This document shows positions 48,820 through 58,875 of a stretch of DNA of 64,000 nucleotides, piece after piece. A program made the translations under genes and the position numbers. Location: positions 19,274 to 83,273 of the forward strand of contig CALRJS020000011.1 in assembly GCA_943367595.1 (NCBI GenBank). Reading direction: 5' to 3'. The stretch comes from Sphingobacterium thalpophilum. Lineage in GTDB: Bacteria; Cyanobacteriota; Cyanobacteriia; PCC-6307; Cyanobiaceae. The notes beneath the pieces are model-generated. The model saw only the letters and a list, made by a program, of their open reading frames with translations, had not been told where the DNA came from and ran no database searches. The number at the start of each line of letters is the position of its first letter. Position 1 is the first letter of the stretch.

Positions 48820-48947
48820 GCTCTCGGCCTCGTGAGCGTTTGTGCTGTGATCAAACTAGCCCGTGCCAGGGGGCACAGGACAGGGTGGGTCAGGGATTCA
48901 GGGGCTTCCGAATGTGACTGGCAGCGAGCCGCCAGGCAGTCACGGCC

Positions 48948-50192
48948 TCAGGGGTCGACCCAGCGGCCGTCCTCCTTGATCAGGGCGATCAGCGCTTCCA
49001 CGCCCTCCGCTTCCGGCACGCGGCGGATCTCTTCGCGGCCGCGGTAGAGGGAGATGGTGCCGGGGGTTTTGCCGACGTAGCCGTAGTCGGCGTCGGCCAT
49101 TTCGCCCGGGCCGTTGACGATGCAACCCATCACGGCGATGTCGAGGCCGGTGAGGTGGGCGGTGGCGTTGCGCACCACGTGCAGCACCTCCTCCAGGTTG
49201 AACAGGGTGCGGCCGCAGCTGGGGCAGGCCACGTACTCCACCATCGTTTTCCTGAGGCCCAGCGCCTGCAGGATCGAGTAGCAGACCGGGATCTCCTTCT
49301 CCGGGGCCTCGGTGAGCGACACCCGGATCGTGTCGCCCAGGCCCTCGGCCAGCAGGGTGGCGATGCCGGCCGTGCTCTTGATGCGGCCGTAGTCGCCGTC
49401 GCCCGCCTCGGTGACGCCCAGGTGCAGCGGGTAGTGGAAGCCTTCGGCGTCCATGCGGTCGGCCATCATCCGGTAGGCCGCCAGCATCACCGGCGCCCGC
49501 GAGGCCTTCATCGACACCACGATGTTGTGGAAATCGAGGCGATCGCAGATGTGGATGAACTCCATGGCGCTCTCCACCATGCCCAGCGGCGTGTCGCCGT
49601 AGGTGAACAGCATCCGCTCCGCCAGGGAGCCGTGGTTCACGCCGATGCGCAGGCCCTTGTCCTGGGCCTTGAGCAGGCTGACCAGCGGTTCGAGCGTGGC
49701 CTGGATGCGCTCACCGATCGCGGCCACTTCCTCGGGGGTGAACTCCGTGCGGTTGGGGTCGGGTTTGTCGAACACATACAACCCGGGGTTGATGCGCACC
49801 TTGTCGACGTGCTGGGCCACCTCCAGCGCGATCTTCATGCCGTTGTGGTGCACGTCAGCCACCAGCGGCACGGGGCGGTAGCTGTCTTCGAGGCGCTTGC
49901 GGATCTCACCCACCGCCTTGGCGTGGGCGAGGCTCGGCACCGTGAGCCGCACGATCTCGCAGCCGGCTTCGTGGAGGCGGCGGATGCCGGCCGTGGCGCC
50001 CGCGATGTCGAGGGTGTCCTCGTTGATCATCGACTGCACCACCACGGGATGGTCGCTGCCCACCCACACATCGCCCACCCGCACGCTGCGGGTCTTGCGG
50101 CGGCGGATCACCGTGTCGTAGCGCGGGTTGCTGGCCCAGTCGGCGGGCAGACCTGCCGGGGCGGTCTGGGGACGGGCCACGGTGCCGGTCAT
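48948..50192 (-). CDS. ispG: 4-hydroxy-3-methylbut-2-en-1-yl diphosphate synthase
   Basis: Start ATG 50192 ([10 protein letters not shown]...). [62 protein letters not shown]. The track ORF N-terminus was trimmed. Confidence 0.95.
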   Translation of the reverse strand: MTGTVARPQTAPAGLPADWASNPRYDTVIRRRKTRSVRVGDVWVGSDHPVVVQSMINEDTLDIAGATAGIRRLHEAGCEIVRLTVPSLAHAKAVGEIRKRLEDSYRPVPLVADVHHNGMKIALEVAQHVDKVRINPGLYVFDKPDPNRTEFTPEEVAAIGERIQATLEPLVSLLKAQDKGLRIGVNHGSLAERMLFTYGDTPLGMVESAMEFIHICDRLDFHNIVVSMKASRAPVMLAAYRMMADRMDAEGFHYPLHLGVTEAGDGDYGRIKSTAGIATLLAEGLGDTIRVSLTEAPEKEIPVCYSILQALGLRKTMVEYVACPSCGRTLFNLEEVLHVVRNATAHLTGLDIAVMGCIVNGPGEMADADYGYVGKTPGTISLYRGREEIRRVPEAEGVEALIALIKEDGRWVDP

Positions 50193-50254
50193 CGGAGCTG
50201 GAGGCCGGGGAACTGGCCCCAACACTGCCACAGACAGGCCGGCAACCGGCGTGC

Positions 50255-51103
50255 TCAGTCGGCGGAAAGCTGCGCGGCCGATCCGGCCGCTGGGCTGGTC
50301 TGCACGGGCGCCCCTGCTGAGGCCCCGTCTGCCTCCAGCGGGGAAACGCCTGCCTCCGGCTGGGGAACGCCTGCGTCCAGCTGATGGAGGCGGCGGCGCA
50401 CGTCCTGGAGGTCCTGCCAGGTGAGCCATTTGGGGGTGCCGCGCTCCCGCGATGGATTGCGCAGCAGATAGGACGGATGAAAGATCGGCAGGCACCACAG
50501 CCCCTGCCACTGCCGCCACTGGCCGCGCAGCTTGGTGATCCCCCCCTTCAGGCCCAGCACGCTCTCCATCGCCGTGGCGCCGGCCAGCACCAGCACCTTG
50601 GGCTGCACCAGCTCGATCTGCTGCAGCAGCCAGGGCAGACAGGCGGCCATTTCCTCCGGCGTCGGCTTGCGGTTATCGGGCGGACGGCACTTCACCACGT
50701 TGCAGATGTAGGCGTCCTGCCGGGTGTCGATCGCCACGCTGGCAAACATCTGATCGAGCAACTGGCCGGCCCGGCCCACGAAGGGCGAGCCGCTGGCATC
50801 TTCCTGAGCACCGGGTCCCTCGCCGATCACCATCAGCGAGGCGGCGGGATTGCCGCGGCTCACCACCACCTGCTGCCGCCCCAGGGCCAGCCCGCAGCGG
50901 CGGCAGGCGTCACAGGCGCCGTGCAGAGCGGCCAGTGCCGCCGTTGGATCGCGGGGCTCAGCGGCTGCCTGGCAGGGGGCGCTCCCGATCACGGCATCAG
51001 CCGACGGCATCCGGCCGGACGCCTGCCCTCCGGCATCCACCGCAGCGGCGGCGAACAAACTGGGCTGCACCACGGCGCCGGGCAGGGGTTCGCTCGGTTC
51101 CAT
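50255..51103 (-). CDS. Uracil-DNA glycosylase, family 4, with N-terminal extension
   Basis: [47 protein letters not shown]. Confidence 0.9.
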   Translation of the reverse strand: MEPSEPLPGAVVQPSLFAAAAVDAGGQASGRMPSADAVIGSAPCQAAAEPRDPTAALAALHGACDACRRCGLALGRQQVVVSRGNPAASLMVIGEGPGAQEDASGSPFVGRAGQLLDQMFASVAIDTRQDAYICNVVKCRPPDNRKPTPEEMAACLPWLLQQIELVQPKVLVLAGATAMESVLGLKGGITKLRGQWRQWQGLWCLPIFHPSYLLRNPSRERGTPKWLTWQDLQDVRRRLHQLDAGVPQPEAGVSPLEADGASAGAPVQTSPAAGSAAQLSAD

Positions 51104-51259
51104 CTCGGCATCACCCCGGCGTGGTCGGGATCCTATGGAAAGGATCCGGGCGCCGCTGATGACAACCTGCGCGGAGACGAAGGAAAGCGGCCACGGCGTC
51201 AGGCAGGATGTCTAATCCTCTTATCGAAGGCATTCCAACGCTGGAGTGCCCCGGCGCCC

Positions 51260-52468
51260 ATGTCGCGGCCGATCGCACCGCCTCCGCTGATGACCAGCCC
51301 GTTGGCACTTTCGGCCCGGGCCCGGGCCCTGCAGCCGTCCCTCACCCTGGCGATCACCGCCCGGGCGCGCGAGTTGCGAGCCGAGGGCCACGACATCTGC
51401 AGCCTCAGCGCGGGTGAACCGGATTTCGAAACGCCCGCCTTCATTCGTCAGGCCGCCAGCCGGGCGCTGGAGGAAGGTGCCACGCGCTATGGGCCGGCCG
51501 CCGGCGAACCCCTGCTGCGGCAAGCCCTGGCTCAGAAGCTGAGCGAGGAAAACGCTGTGCCCACCACGGCCGATCAGGTGCTGGTCACCAACGGCGGCAA
51601 GCAGGCGCTCTACAACCTCTTCCAGGTGCTGCTCGACCCCGGCGACGAGGTGCTGCTGCCGGCCCCCTACTGGCTCAGCTATCCGGAGATGGCGCACCTG
51701 GCCGGCGCCACGGTGCGCGTGCTGCCCACCGCACCCGCTCAGGGCTTCCGGCTCCAGCCCGACCAGCTCGAGGCCGCCATCACGGCCAACAGCAAGCTGC
51801 TGGTGATCAACAGCCCCTCCAACCCCTCGGGTCTGGTGCTGAGCCGGCAGGAGCTGGAGCAGCTCGCCGCCGTGCTGCGCCGCCATCCCCAGGTGGCGGT
51901 GGTGAGCGATGAGATCTACGAATTCCTGCTGGCGCCGGGCCTGGAGCACCACAGCCTGGCGGCCCTGGCCCCCGACCTCGCCGACCGCATCTTCGTCGTC
52001 AACGGCTTTGCCAAGGGCTGGGCGATGACCGGCTGGCGGGTGGGTTACCTCGCCGGCCGCAAGGATGTGATCGCCGCCGCCAGCGCCCTGCAGAGCCAGA
52101 GCACGAGCAACGTCTGCACCTTCGCTCAGTACGGCGCGCTGGCGGCGATCACCGCCCCGCGTGACTGCGTGCATGCCATGGCTCAGGAGTTCAACCAGCG
52201 CCGGGCGCTGCTGAGCGCCGGCCTGATGGCTCTGCCCGGCCTCACGCTGCAGCAGCCGGAAGGGGCCTTCTACGCCTTCCCGGACATCAGCGGCCATGGG
52301 CTGGATTCCATGACCTTCTCCAACCGGCTGCTGGAGGACCAGGGGCTGGCGGTGGTTCCCGGGGTGGCCTTCGGCGACGACCGCTGCATCCGCCTCTCGT
52401 GCGCGGCCTCTCCCGCCACCATCGACGACGGCCTGCAGCGCCTTGGCCGTTTCCTGAACCGTCTCTGA
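51260..52468 (+). CDS. Pyridoxal-phosphate-dependent aminotransferase, class I (aspartate aminotransferase type)
   Basis: ATG 51260 inside the 694-aa track ORF. LSAGEPDFETP, INSPSNPSG, VVNGFAKGWAMTGWRVGY (PLP lysine), IRLSCA. Confidence 0.92.
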   Translation: MSRPIAPPPLMTSPLALSARARALQPSLTLAITARARELRAEGHDICSLSAGEPDFETPAFIRQAASRALEEGATRYGPAAGEPLLRQALAQKLSEENAVPTTADQVLVTNGGKQALYNLFQVLLDPGDEVLLPAPYWLSYPEMAHLAGATVRVLPTAPAQGFRLQPDQLEAAITANSKLLVINSPSNPSGLVLSRQELEQLAAVLRRHPQVAVVSDEIYEFLLAPGLEHHSLAALAPDLADRIFVVNGFAKGWAMTGWRVGYLAGRKDVIAAASALQSQSTSNVCTFAQYGALAAITAPRDCVHAMAQEFNQRRALLSAGLMALPGLTLQQPEGAFYAFPDISGHGLDSMTFSNRLLEDQGLAVVPGVAFGDDRCIRLSCAASPATIDDGLQRLGRFLNRL

Positions 52469-53163
52469 CTCTCCCGGCACCCGGCACTGCAGCCTCACCC
52501 CCGCCCCGCAAGCTGATCGTGCTGGGCGACAGCGGGGTGTACGGCTGGGGGGACCCCGATGGTGGCGGCTGGTGCGAGCAGCTTCGGCGCCACTGGATGG
52601 AGATCCCAGACGGGCCCGTGCTCTACAACCTCGGCGTGCGCGGCGACGGCCTGGAGCGGCTGGCGGCGCGGCTGGAGGCGGAAGTGCGCTGCCGCGGTGA
52701 GCTGCGGCGCCAGGGGCCCCAGGGGATCCTGCTGGGCATCGGCCTGAACGACACGGCCCGGGTGGGGCGCCCGGATGGGCGCCACCAACTGGCCCCGGAG
52801 GCGTTCCTGTTCGGCCTGCAGCAACTGCTGCACCAGGCCCGGCAGCTGGCGCCGGTGATGGTGATCGGCCTCACCCCCGTGGATGAGGCGGTGATGCCCT
52901 TCGCCGGCTGCCTCTGGTACAGCCTGGCCACCGTGCGCCACTACGAGGGCCTGCTGGAGGAAGCCTGCCTCGAAGCGGATGTGCCGTTCCTGCCGCTGCT
53001 CGATGGCCTGCTGGAGGATCCCCACTGGCTGCGGCTGCTCGACAGCGACGGGCTGCACCTCAACAGCGCCGGACACCGGCGTCTCTATGAGCGGCTGAAG
53101 CACTGGCCGGCCCTGTTGCGCTGGGCCTCGCTGGAGCCGCAACAGAGCCGCACCCCTGCCTGA
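52399..53163 (+). CDS. SGNH/GDSL-type hydrolase
   Basis: Block I LIVLGDSGVYGWG, block III GIGLNDTA, block V DGLHLN. The start is ambiguous. GTG 52399 overlaps the aminotransferase by 70 nt. No ATG/GTG/TTG lies between its stop and the GDS block except GTG inside IVLGDS. Confidence 0.8.
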   Translation: MRGLSRHHRRRPAAPWPFPEPSLTLPAPGTAASPPPRKLIVLGDSGVYGWGDPDGGGWCEQLRRHWMEIPDGPVLYNLGVRGDGLERLAARLEAEVRCRGELRRQGPQGILLGIGLNDTARVGRPDGRHQLAPEAFLFGLQQLLHQARQLAPVMVIGLTPVDEAVMPFAGCLWYSLATVRHYEGLLEEACLEADVPFLPLLDGLLEDPHWLRLLDSDGLHLNSAGHRRLYERLKHWPALLRWASLEPQQSRTPA

Positions 53164-53354
53164 GCTGCTGGCTCATTCCCTGCCTGAGCAAGCCGCTCAT
53201 CAGCCGCGTGGATGCCCGCCCAAGCAAGCAAGAACCTCAGTGATCTCACCCATACGGGGGAGGCGAAATCACCGGGGGTGGGGATGGTGGGGCAGGGGCC
53301 ACCGGCGGGAAGGTGATTCCACGGACATCCCGTTGTCACCACCGGTTCCCCACC

Positions 53355-54170
53355 ATGACGCTCACCGTCTTTCAACGCCGCAATCCCGAGCTGCTGGCGC
53401 AGTACCAGCGCAGCGGCCATCTGCGTGATCGCAACAAGATCGTGGAATTCAACCTCCCCCTGGTGCGCCAGGTGGCCAACCGCCTCCAGCCCCGCACCGC
53501 CGTGCCGTTCGACGATCTGGTGCAACAGGGCTCGATCGGTCTGATCCGCGCGGTGGAAGCCTTCGATCCGGCGCAGGGCACATCGCTCAGCAGCTTCGCC
53601 GTGCCCTTCATCCGCGGGGCCATGCAGCACCACCTGCGCGACAACGAACAGCCGCTGAAAGGCTCACGCCTGCTGCGCGACCTGCACCAACGCGGACAGA
53701 CCCTCCAGCAGCAACGCCTGCACCAGCAGCAGCCCGCGCTCCGCGAGGCGGAGCTGGCAGCCGCCCTGGGCTGCACCGTGGCCCAGTGGCAGGAGGCCTG
53801 TGGTCTGCACCGGGCCCTGCAGTGCACCAGCCTCGATGCGCCGGTGGGCACGGCTGAAGCGAGCAGCATCCCTCTGGTGGAGAAGCTCACCGCCCAGGAA
53901 GCCCCCCATCCCTGCCGCCCCGACCGTCTGAGCGAGTCCTCCTGTTCCGAGCCGGAACCTCAGCACTGGCTGCAGCTGCGGCTGCAGAACCTGGAGGCCG
54001 GCGAGCGGCGCTTGCTGGAAGGACGGGTGCTGGATGGGGCCTCCTGGCGCCAGCTGGGCGAGGAGCTGGGCATCCGGGCGCGGGTGGCCCAACGCCGCTT
54101 CGAGCGGCTGGCGGCGCGGCTGCGCCAGGAACTCAGCGGAGAATGGGGTGATCTGTTCGCTCAGGCCTGA
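53355..54170 (+). CDS. RNA polymerase sigma factor, sigma-70 family (group 3 / SigF-like)
   Basis: Region 2 FDDLVQQGSIGLIRAVEAFDPAQGTSLSSFAVPFIRGAMQHHLRD. Region 4 HTH ASWRQLGEELGIRARVAQRRFERL. Confidence 0.85.
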   Translation: MTLTVFQRRNPELLAQYQRSGHLRDRNKIVEFNLPLVRQVANRLQPRTAVPFDDLVQQGSIGLIRAVEAFDPAQGTSLSSFAVPFIRGAMQHHLRDNEQPLKGSRLLRDLHQRGQTLQQQRLHQQQPALREAELAAALGCTVAQWQEACGLHRALQCTSLDAPVGTAEASSIPLVEKLTAQEAPHPCRPDRLSESSCSEPEPQHWLQLRLQNLEAGERRLLEGRVLDGASWRQLGEELGIRARVAQRRFERLAARLRQELSGEWGDLFAQA

Positions 54171-54191
54171 GTCAGGCGACTCTGACTCAGG
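54166..54191. terminator. Perfect 10-bp hairpin between convergent genes, enclosing the sigma-factor stop codon
   Basis: CCTGAGTCAG (54166-54175), loop GCGACT, then CTGACTCAGG (54182-54191). The TGA stop at 54168-54170 is in the 5' arm. The opposing gene ends at 54202. No U-tract on either strand. Confidence 0.4.
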
Positions 54192-54201
54192 CAGCCCTGA
54201 A

Positions 54202-55056
54202 TCAGGCGGCCAGGCCCAGCGCCATGGCGCCCCAGGCCAGCCCCATGGCGATCAACGCCGCCAGCAGCGTCTGGATCCCGTTCACGAGCTCGTTGGTCAG
54301 CCAGGCGAGCCGCCCCTGCAGGGTGGCACCGATCCAGCTCTCCAGCAGCGTGGCCAACACCCCCACCAGCAACACCAACAGCAGCGCGGGGGCCGATCCC
54401 AGCAACCCGAGCAGCTTCAGCACCAGCACCATCGCCGCGCTGCCCACCAGGCTGGCGCCCGTCCCCTCCAGGCTGATCGCCCCTTCCGTACCGGCGGGCA
54501 CCGGCCGCAGGGACGTGATCAACACGGTGTGACGCCCCCAACGTTTGCCGATCTCGCTGCCGCAGGTGTCGGCGAGCTTGGCGGCGAAACTGGCCCCGAA
54601 ACCCAGCAGCAGCAGTGGCACCGACGCTCCCGGCACGGTGGTGAGCATGGCCAGCACCGCCCCGGTGGCTGCAGAGCCCCACACGTTCTCCGGCCCCCGA
54701 CGGCCACCCCGCGCTTCGGCCAGCCCCTGCTGCTGCTTCTGGCGAAAGCCCAGCCGGGTCACCAGGGAGCCCAGCACCAGATAACCCACCACCGCAAGCC
54801 AGCCGCGCCAGCCGAGCGCGCCCCACAGCAGCGTGCCGAGCACGCCCGCGTGCACCCAGCCGGAGCGGGTGAGCAGGGGGAACCGCTGGGCAGCGCTGAT
54901 CAACAGGCCATGCAGCGCCAGCGCCAGCAGCCAGTGCTGGAGGGTCTGGGCCGGCAGCAGCGGTGGCGCCCCCAGCAACGCCTCCAGGCCCGTGAAGGGG
55001 GACACCGGCACCGGCACGGCTGACAGCAGCAGAACGCTCAAGGGGGCAGACCGCAC
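54202..55056 (-). CDS. DUF92/TMEM19-family membrane protein (VTE6-type putative phytyl-phosphate kinase)
   Basis: Start GTG 55056 (VRSAPLSVLLL...). FAAKLADTCGSEIGKRWG and GTEGAISLEGTGASLVG blocks. Multi-TM. The 475-aa track ORF was trimmed because its N-terminus is antisense to the next gene. Confidence 0.8.
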   Translation of the reverse strand: MRSAPLSVLLLSAVPVPVSPFTGLEALLGAPPLLPAQTLQHWLLALALHGLLISAAQRFPLLTRSGWVHAGVLGTLLWGALGWRGWLAVVGYLVLGSLVTRLGFRQKQQQGLAEARGGRRGPENVWGSAATGAVLAMLTTVPGASVPLLLLGFGASFAAKLADTCGSEIGKRWGRHTVLITSLRPVPAGTEGAISLEGTGASLVGSAAMVLVLKLLGLLGSAPALLLVLLVGVLATLLESWIGATLQGRLAWLTNELVNGIQTLLAALIAMGLAWGAMALGLAA

Positions 55057-55177
55057 AGGCCCCAGTCTCTTCAGCGGCGGCGTGGCCTGCCGCTCTCTGT
55101 TGCACTCCCCTAAGCGGCGCCGGTCCCCTGCAGGTGCCGGCGGATAATCACTGCCAACGTCCCGTCTTCGGATCACC

Positions 55178-55549
55178 ATGCTGTTCAAGCGCAAGGGCTC
55201 GTTCTTCATCGACTTCGACAAGAACGCCACCGCTGAGCCGGTGACCGTGGCCCCCGTGACGGTGGCCCCGGCGGCTCCTGTGGCTCCACCCGTCAGCGCG
55301 GATCCCGCTGCAGCCAGCGCAGCGCCAGCGGCAGAGGCCGGCGGCGCTGCTGCGGGCAGCGTGCTCACCACCGCTGAAGCGATGGCGGCCGAGCTGCGGC
55401 GTGAACAGGAGAGCCTGCCGCCTCCTTCGCTGGTCACCTTCTCGCCCGAGTGCCTCACCCCCGCCGGCGCCCTCTCCCGCCGCCGCCGCCTGGCCGGAGC
55501 CAACATCGGCCCGTTCAAGGCGATGGCCGCCAGTCTGATGAAGAGCTGA
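55178..55549 (+). CDS. Hypothetical protein conserved-looking at both ends
   Basis: MLFKRKGSFFIDFDKN..., an Ala/Pro-rich middle, then TFSPECLTPAGALSRRRRLAGANIGPFKAMAASLM. Coding-like bias. Confidence 0.6.
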   Translation: MLFKRKGSFFIDFDKNATAEPVTVAPVTVAPAAPVAPPVSADPAAASAAPAAEAGGAAAGSVLTTAEAMAAELRREQESLPPPSLVTFSPECLTPAGALSRRRRLAGANIGPFKAMAASLMKS

Positions 55550-55586
55550 GCGCGGCCATCTGCCTCCCAGGGATCCAGCGGCCGAT

Positions 55587-56651
55587 TCAATCGCCGCTGG
55601 ATTCCGATCGCCTGGATTCCGCTCGCCAAGCGCTCAGCAGGCTCAGGCCTGCCACAGCCGCCGTCGAGGTGCGCAGGATCGTCGGGCCCAGGCTCACCGG
55701 TTGCCAGCCCGCGTCCACCGCCAGCTGCTCCTCCGCCGGCGTCCAGCCCCCCTCAGGCCCGATCGCCAGGCGGGCGACAGCTGCTGAGTGCACAGCACCG
55801 GGGACTTGACCGCCGGCCAGCACTCCACCGGACCGCTGCTCTGCTCCGCCACCCAGCTCTGCACCGGTCCGCTGCACGACCCCGTCGCGCCGCTCTGCCA
55901 CGCCGCGCAGGTCTGCCCCGGAATCCAGCTCTGCCACGCCGCGCAACTCTGAGCCAGCAGGCGGCGCTCCCGCGCCCAGCAGCTCACTGAGCAGCGGCAG
56001 GTCGGTCGCCCGGGTGGTGGCCAGCCAGCAACGCTGACCGTGCTCCGAGCGCACCGCATCGCTGGACGGTGTGGCCGGATTCTGGAGCCAGGTGGCAGCG
56101 ACCACAGGCTCAAGCAGCTGCGGCAGCCACAGACGCTCGCACTGCTCACAGGCCTCCCGCACGATCGCCTGCCAACGTTCCCGCCGCCCCCCTGGCCCAC
56201 CCGTTTCCGCCCCCCGCACGCCGCGCTCGGCCAGCAGCGGCTGAAGGCGATCGACCCCCAGTTCGCAGCTCATGCGCAGCACGGTGTCGAAATCGCGGCG
56301 GGGCACCGCCACCGCCAGCTCCAGCAGGGGCGAGGGCAAGGGCTCGATCGCAAGGGGTGCCGCCAGGGGCTGCTCGAGCCGGGCGCTGCTGCGGTCGAGC
56401 AGCAGCGCGCTCCACAGCTGGCCGGCCCCGTCGACCACCGCAAAGCGATCGCCGGGGCCATAGCGGAGCACCCGCGTGAGGTAGCGGCTTTCGCCGTCTT
56501 CCAACCGCAGGAGGGGCAGAACCCCCTCGCCAGCGGGCGGTGCAGCTTGCCCGCTGGCGGCGGCTTTCGCAGCCATCGAATCCAGCGGCCCAGCCGCCGC
56601 CCGGGCAAGACGCCCAGGCTCGATCAACAGACGACGCAGCTCCCGGGTCAC
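55587..56651 (-). CDS. rsmE: 16S rRNA (uracil1498-N3)-methyltransferase with internal repeat insertion
   Basis: YLTRVLRYGPGDRFAVVDGAGQLW, DTVLRMSCELGVDRLQPL, LAIGPEGGWTPAEE, LGPTILRTSTA. Start GTG 56651 is preferred over 56687, which would overlap the upstream gene. Confidence 0.85.
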   Translation of the reverse strand: MTRELRRLLIEPGRLARAAAGPLDSMAAKAAASGQAAPPAGEGVLPLLRLEDGESRYLTRVLRYGPGDRFAVVDGAGQLWSALLLDRSSARLEQPLAAPLAIEPLPSPLLELAVAVPRRDFDTVLRMSCELGVDRLQPLLAERGVRGAETGGPGGRRERWQAIVREACEQCERLWLPQLLEPVVAATWLQNPATPSSDAVRSEHGQRCWLATTRATDLPLLSELLGAGAPPAGSELRGVAELDSGADLRGVAERRDGVVQRTGAELGGGAEQRSGGVLAGGQVPGAVHSAAVARLAIGPEGGWTPAEEQLAVDAGWQPVSLGPTILRTSTAAVAGLSLLSAWRAESRRSESSGD

Positions 56652-56658
56652 GCTGCGC

Positions 56659-57111
56659 TCAATTGACTCCGGGGGCGAACATCGCATCGGGCTGGTCTTC
56701 CACCGGCCAGTCGTCGTTGAGACCGCCGATCACCAGTTCCTCGATCTCCACCACGTCGTTGTCGAGCTGCCGCAGGGCGTTGATCAGCACATCGAGGGCA
56801 ACGCCGTCGCTGGTGCCGAGATCCACCCAGCAGCGGGCCCAGTCTTCCTGGTATTCCAGCTCGCCCATGTTGTGCATCAACGCCGGCAGGGCCCGTTCGG
56901 CATCGTCACCGTCGTAGGTCATCCAGCTGAGATCCACGCCCTCCTCATGCACCTGAAGGTTCTCGGCGTTGAAGCCGCCCAGCTTGCCGAGAAAGAACCA
57001 GCTCTCGAAGGTCGTATCGATGTAGCCGCGCTCCCCCTGCCCGGGCGGAGCGGCAAAGCGCACCCAGATCCAGCAGTTGAAGGGATCCACATCCCGAAAG
57101 CGGACATCCAT
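56659..57111 (-). CDS. DUF3531-family protein
   Basis: MDVRFRDVDPFNCWIWVRF...FESWFFLGKLGGFNAENLQV..., which I recall as the cyanobacteria/plastid-lineage DUF3531 pattern. Start ATG 57111. Confidence 0.78.
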   Translation of the reverse strand: MDVRFRDVDPFNCWIWVRFAAPPGQGERGYIDTTFESWFFLGKLGGFNAENLQVHEEGVDLSWMTYDGDDAERALPALMHNMGELEYQEDWARCWVDLGTSDGVALDVLINALRQLDNDVVEIEELVIGGLNDDWPVEDQPDAMFAPGVN

Positions 57112-57178
57112 GGGAGAAGGCAGCGTGCTTGCCCCCATCAAACACGCATCCAGCAAGCTGGGGGAAGCGAAACCCGCC

Positions 57179-57826
57179 ATGCTCGAGCTTCGATCCCTGC
57201 GCTACCACCCGGCCACCACCCCAGCCGCCCTGCTCGACGGCGTGGAGCTGCGTCTGGAGCCGGGGCGGCCCGCCCTGGTGGCCGGGCAGAGCGGCTCAGG
57301 CAAGACCACCCTGCTGGAGCTGATCTGCGGCCTGGCGGATCCCGACGGCGGCACGATCCTGTGGGAGGGGCAGGCGCTCAACGCCAGACAGCGGCGCGGG
57401 CTCTGCGGCCTGGTGTTTCAGTTTCCCGAGCGCCATTTCCTTGGCCTCACGGTGGGCCAGGAGCTGAAGCTGGGTCAGCGGCGGCTGGCTTCGGAACGGG
57501 TCGAGCAGGTGCTCACCCGGGTGGGGTTGCAGGGGGTGTCGCTGCAGCAGCCGCCGGAGCGGCTCAGCGGCGGCCAGCAGCGGCGGCTGGCGCTGGCGGT
57601 GCAGTTGCTGCGCGATCCGCCCGTGCTGCTGCTGGATGAACCCACCGCCGGCCTCGACTGGTCGGTGCGGGAAGAGGTGTTGCAACTGCTGCAACAGCTG
57701 GCGCGGGACCGGGTGCTGCTGGTGGTGACCCACGAACCGGAGCTGTTCAAGGGCTGGGTGGAGGAAGGCTGGCGGCTGCAGGGCGGGGCGCTTCAGCCCC
57801 TGCCGAGGCTCCGTACGATGCCCTGA
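57179..57826 (+). CDS. ABC transporter ATP-binding protein (ECF/CbiO-like)
   Basis: Walker [23 protein letters not shown] (ECF-type Q-loop context), the [12 protein letters not shown] signature, and Walker [12 protein letters not shown]. Confidence 0.88.
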   Translation: MLELRSLRYHPATTPAALLDGVELRLEPGRPALVAGQSGSGKTTLLELICGLADPDGGTILWEGQALNARQRRGLCGLVFQFPERHFLGLTVGQELKLGQRRLASERVEQVLTRVGLQGVSLQQPPERLSGGQQRRLALAVQLLRDPPVLLLDEPTAGLDWSVREEVLQLLQQLARDRVLLVVTHEPELFKGWVEEGWRLQGGALQPLPRLRTMP

Positions 57827-57837
57827 GTTGGGGCGGG

Positions 57838-58755
57838 GTGATGCCCGATCGATTGGTACGGGCCACGGCCGCCGATGGCGGCATCCGCATGGTGGCGGCC
57901 CTCACCACCGTGACCACCCGTTACGCCCGTCGTCGCCACGGCCTTTCGTACCTCACCACCGCCGTGCTGGGCCGGGCGATGACCGCCGGCCTGCTGCTGG
58001 CCAGTTCGATGAAGGTGGCCCACGGACGGGTGAACCTGCGCATCCAGTCGGACGGACCGCTGCGCGGCCTGATGGTGGATGCCGGCCGGGACGGCACCGT
58101 GCGCGGCTATGTGGGAGCGCCGGGCCTGGAGCTCGATCTGGTGGAAACGCCCGAGGGCCTGCACCGCTTCGACTTCCGCAAGGCCACGGGCACCGGCTAC
58201 CTGCACGTGGTGCGCGACCAGGGCAAGGGGGAGCCGTTCAGCAGCACGGTGGAGCTCGTCAGCGGCGGCATCGGTGATGACGTGGCCTCTTACCTGCTCC
58301 ATTCCGAGCAGACCCCATCGGCGGTGTTCGTCGGTGAGCAGATCGACAGCAGCGGCGTGCGTTGCGCCGGTGGGGTGCTGGTGCAGGTGCTGCCCAAGGC
58401 GGCCCGGGAACCGGCGCTGGTGGCCCTGCTGGAAGAGCGCTGCCGCGAGATTCAGGGGTTCAGCCAGCGGCTCGCCGACTGCAGCGGCGATCTGCAACGC
58501 CTGCTGGAAGACATCTTCCCGGACCTCGATCCCCAGCTCCTGGAGGATGCGGAGGCCAGCCAGAACGTCACCTTCCACTGCCCCTGCACCCGCAGGCGCA
58601 GCGTCAATGCCCTGCGATTGCTGGGGCGTGACGAGCTCGATGCAATCCTGCGCGAAGACGGCCGCGCCGAGCTCACCTGCCACTTCTGCAACGAGGTGTA
58701 TGGCGTGGAAGCACCCGAGTTGCGGGAGCTGATCGAGGAGCTGGCAGCGGTCTGA
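57838..58755 (+). CDS. hslO: Hsp33-family redox-regulated chaperone
   Basis: [17 protein letters not shown]..., and the C-terminal zinc centre CPCTRRR...[11 protein letters not shown] 57841 is an equally good start. Confidence 0.93.
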   Translation: MMPDRLVRATAADGGIRMVAALTTVTTRYARRRHGLSYLTTAVLGRAMTAGLLLASSMKVAHGRVNLRIQSDGPLRGLMVDAGRDGTVRGYVGAPGLELDLVETPEGLHRFDFRKATGTGYLHVVRDQGKGEPFSSTVELVSGGIGDDVASYLLHSEQTPSAVFVGEQIDSSGVRCAGGVLVQVLPKAAREPALVALLEERCREIQGFSQRLADCSGDLQRLLEDIFPDLDPQLLEDAEASQNVTFHCPCTRRRSVNALRLLGRDELDAILREDGRAELTCHFCNEVYGVEAPELRELIEELAAV

Positions 58756-58814
58756 AGGCCACAGGCGCCTGAGCAGGCTGCAGGCTCCAGCCTCACAGAC
58801 AAGGGCCAAGCTGG

Positions 58815-58839
58815 CCTGACCTGACCTGACCTGACCTGA
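58815..58839. repeat. (CCTGA) x 5 pentanucleotide repeat
   Basis: cctgacctgacctgacctgacctga, in the hslO / CPP1-like convergent spacer. TGA rotates through all three frames. Confidence 0.95.
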
Positions 58840-58875
58840 ATGGTCTTCTGGGGCCGAACCGGCCTTCGGAAGGCG

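Noticed and set aside
52465-52468. CTGA junction (CTG start overlapping the upstream TGA) for the SGNH hydrolase, as a second example of the crtL-type non-canonical start
   Set aside because: A canonical in-frame GTG exists at 52399 (a 70-nt overlap with the aminotransferase gene). A non-canonical start is therefore not required by the sequence. The start is left ambiguous in the feature entry.
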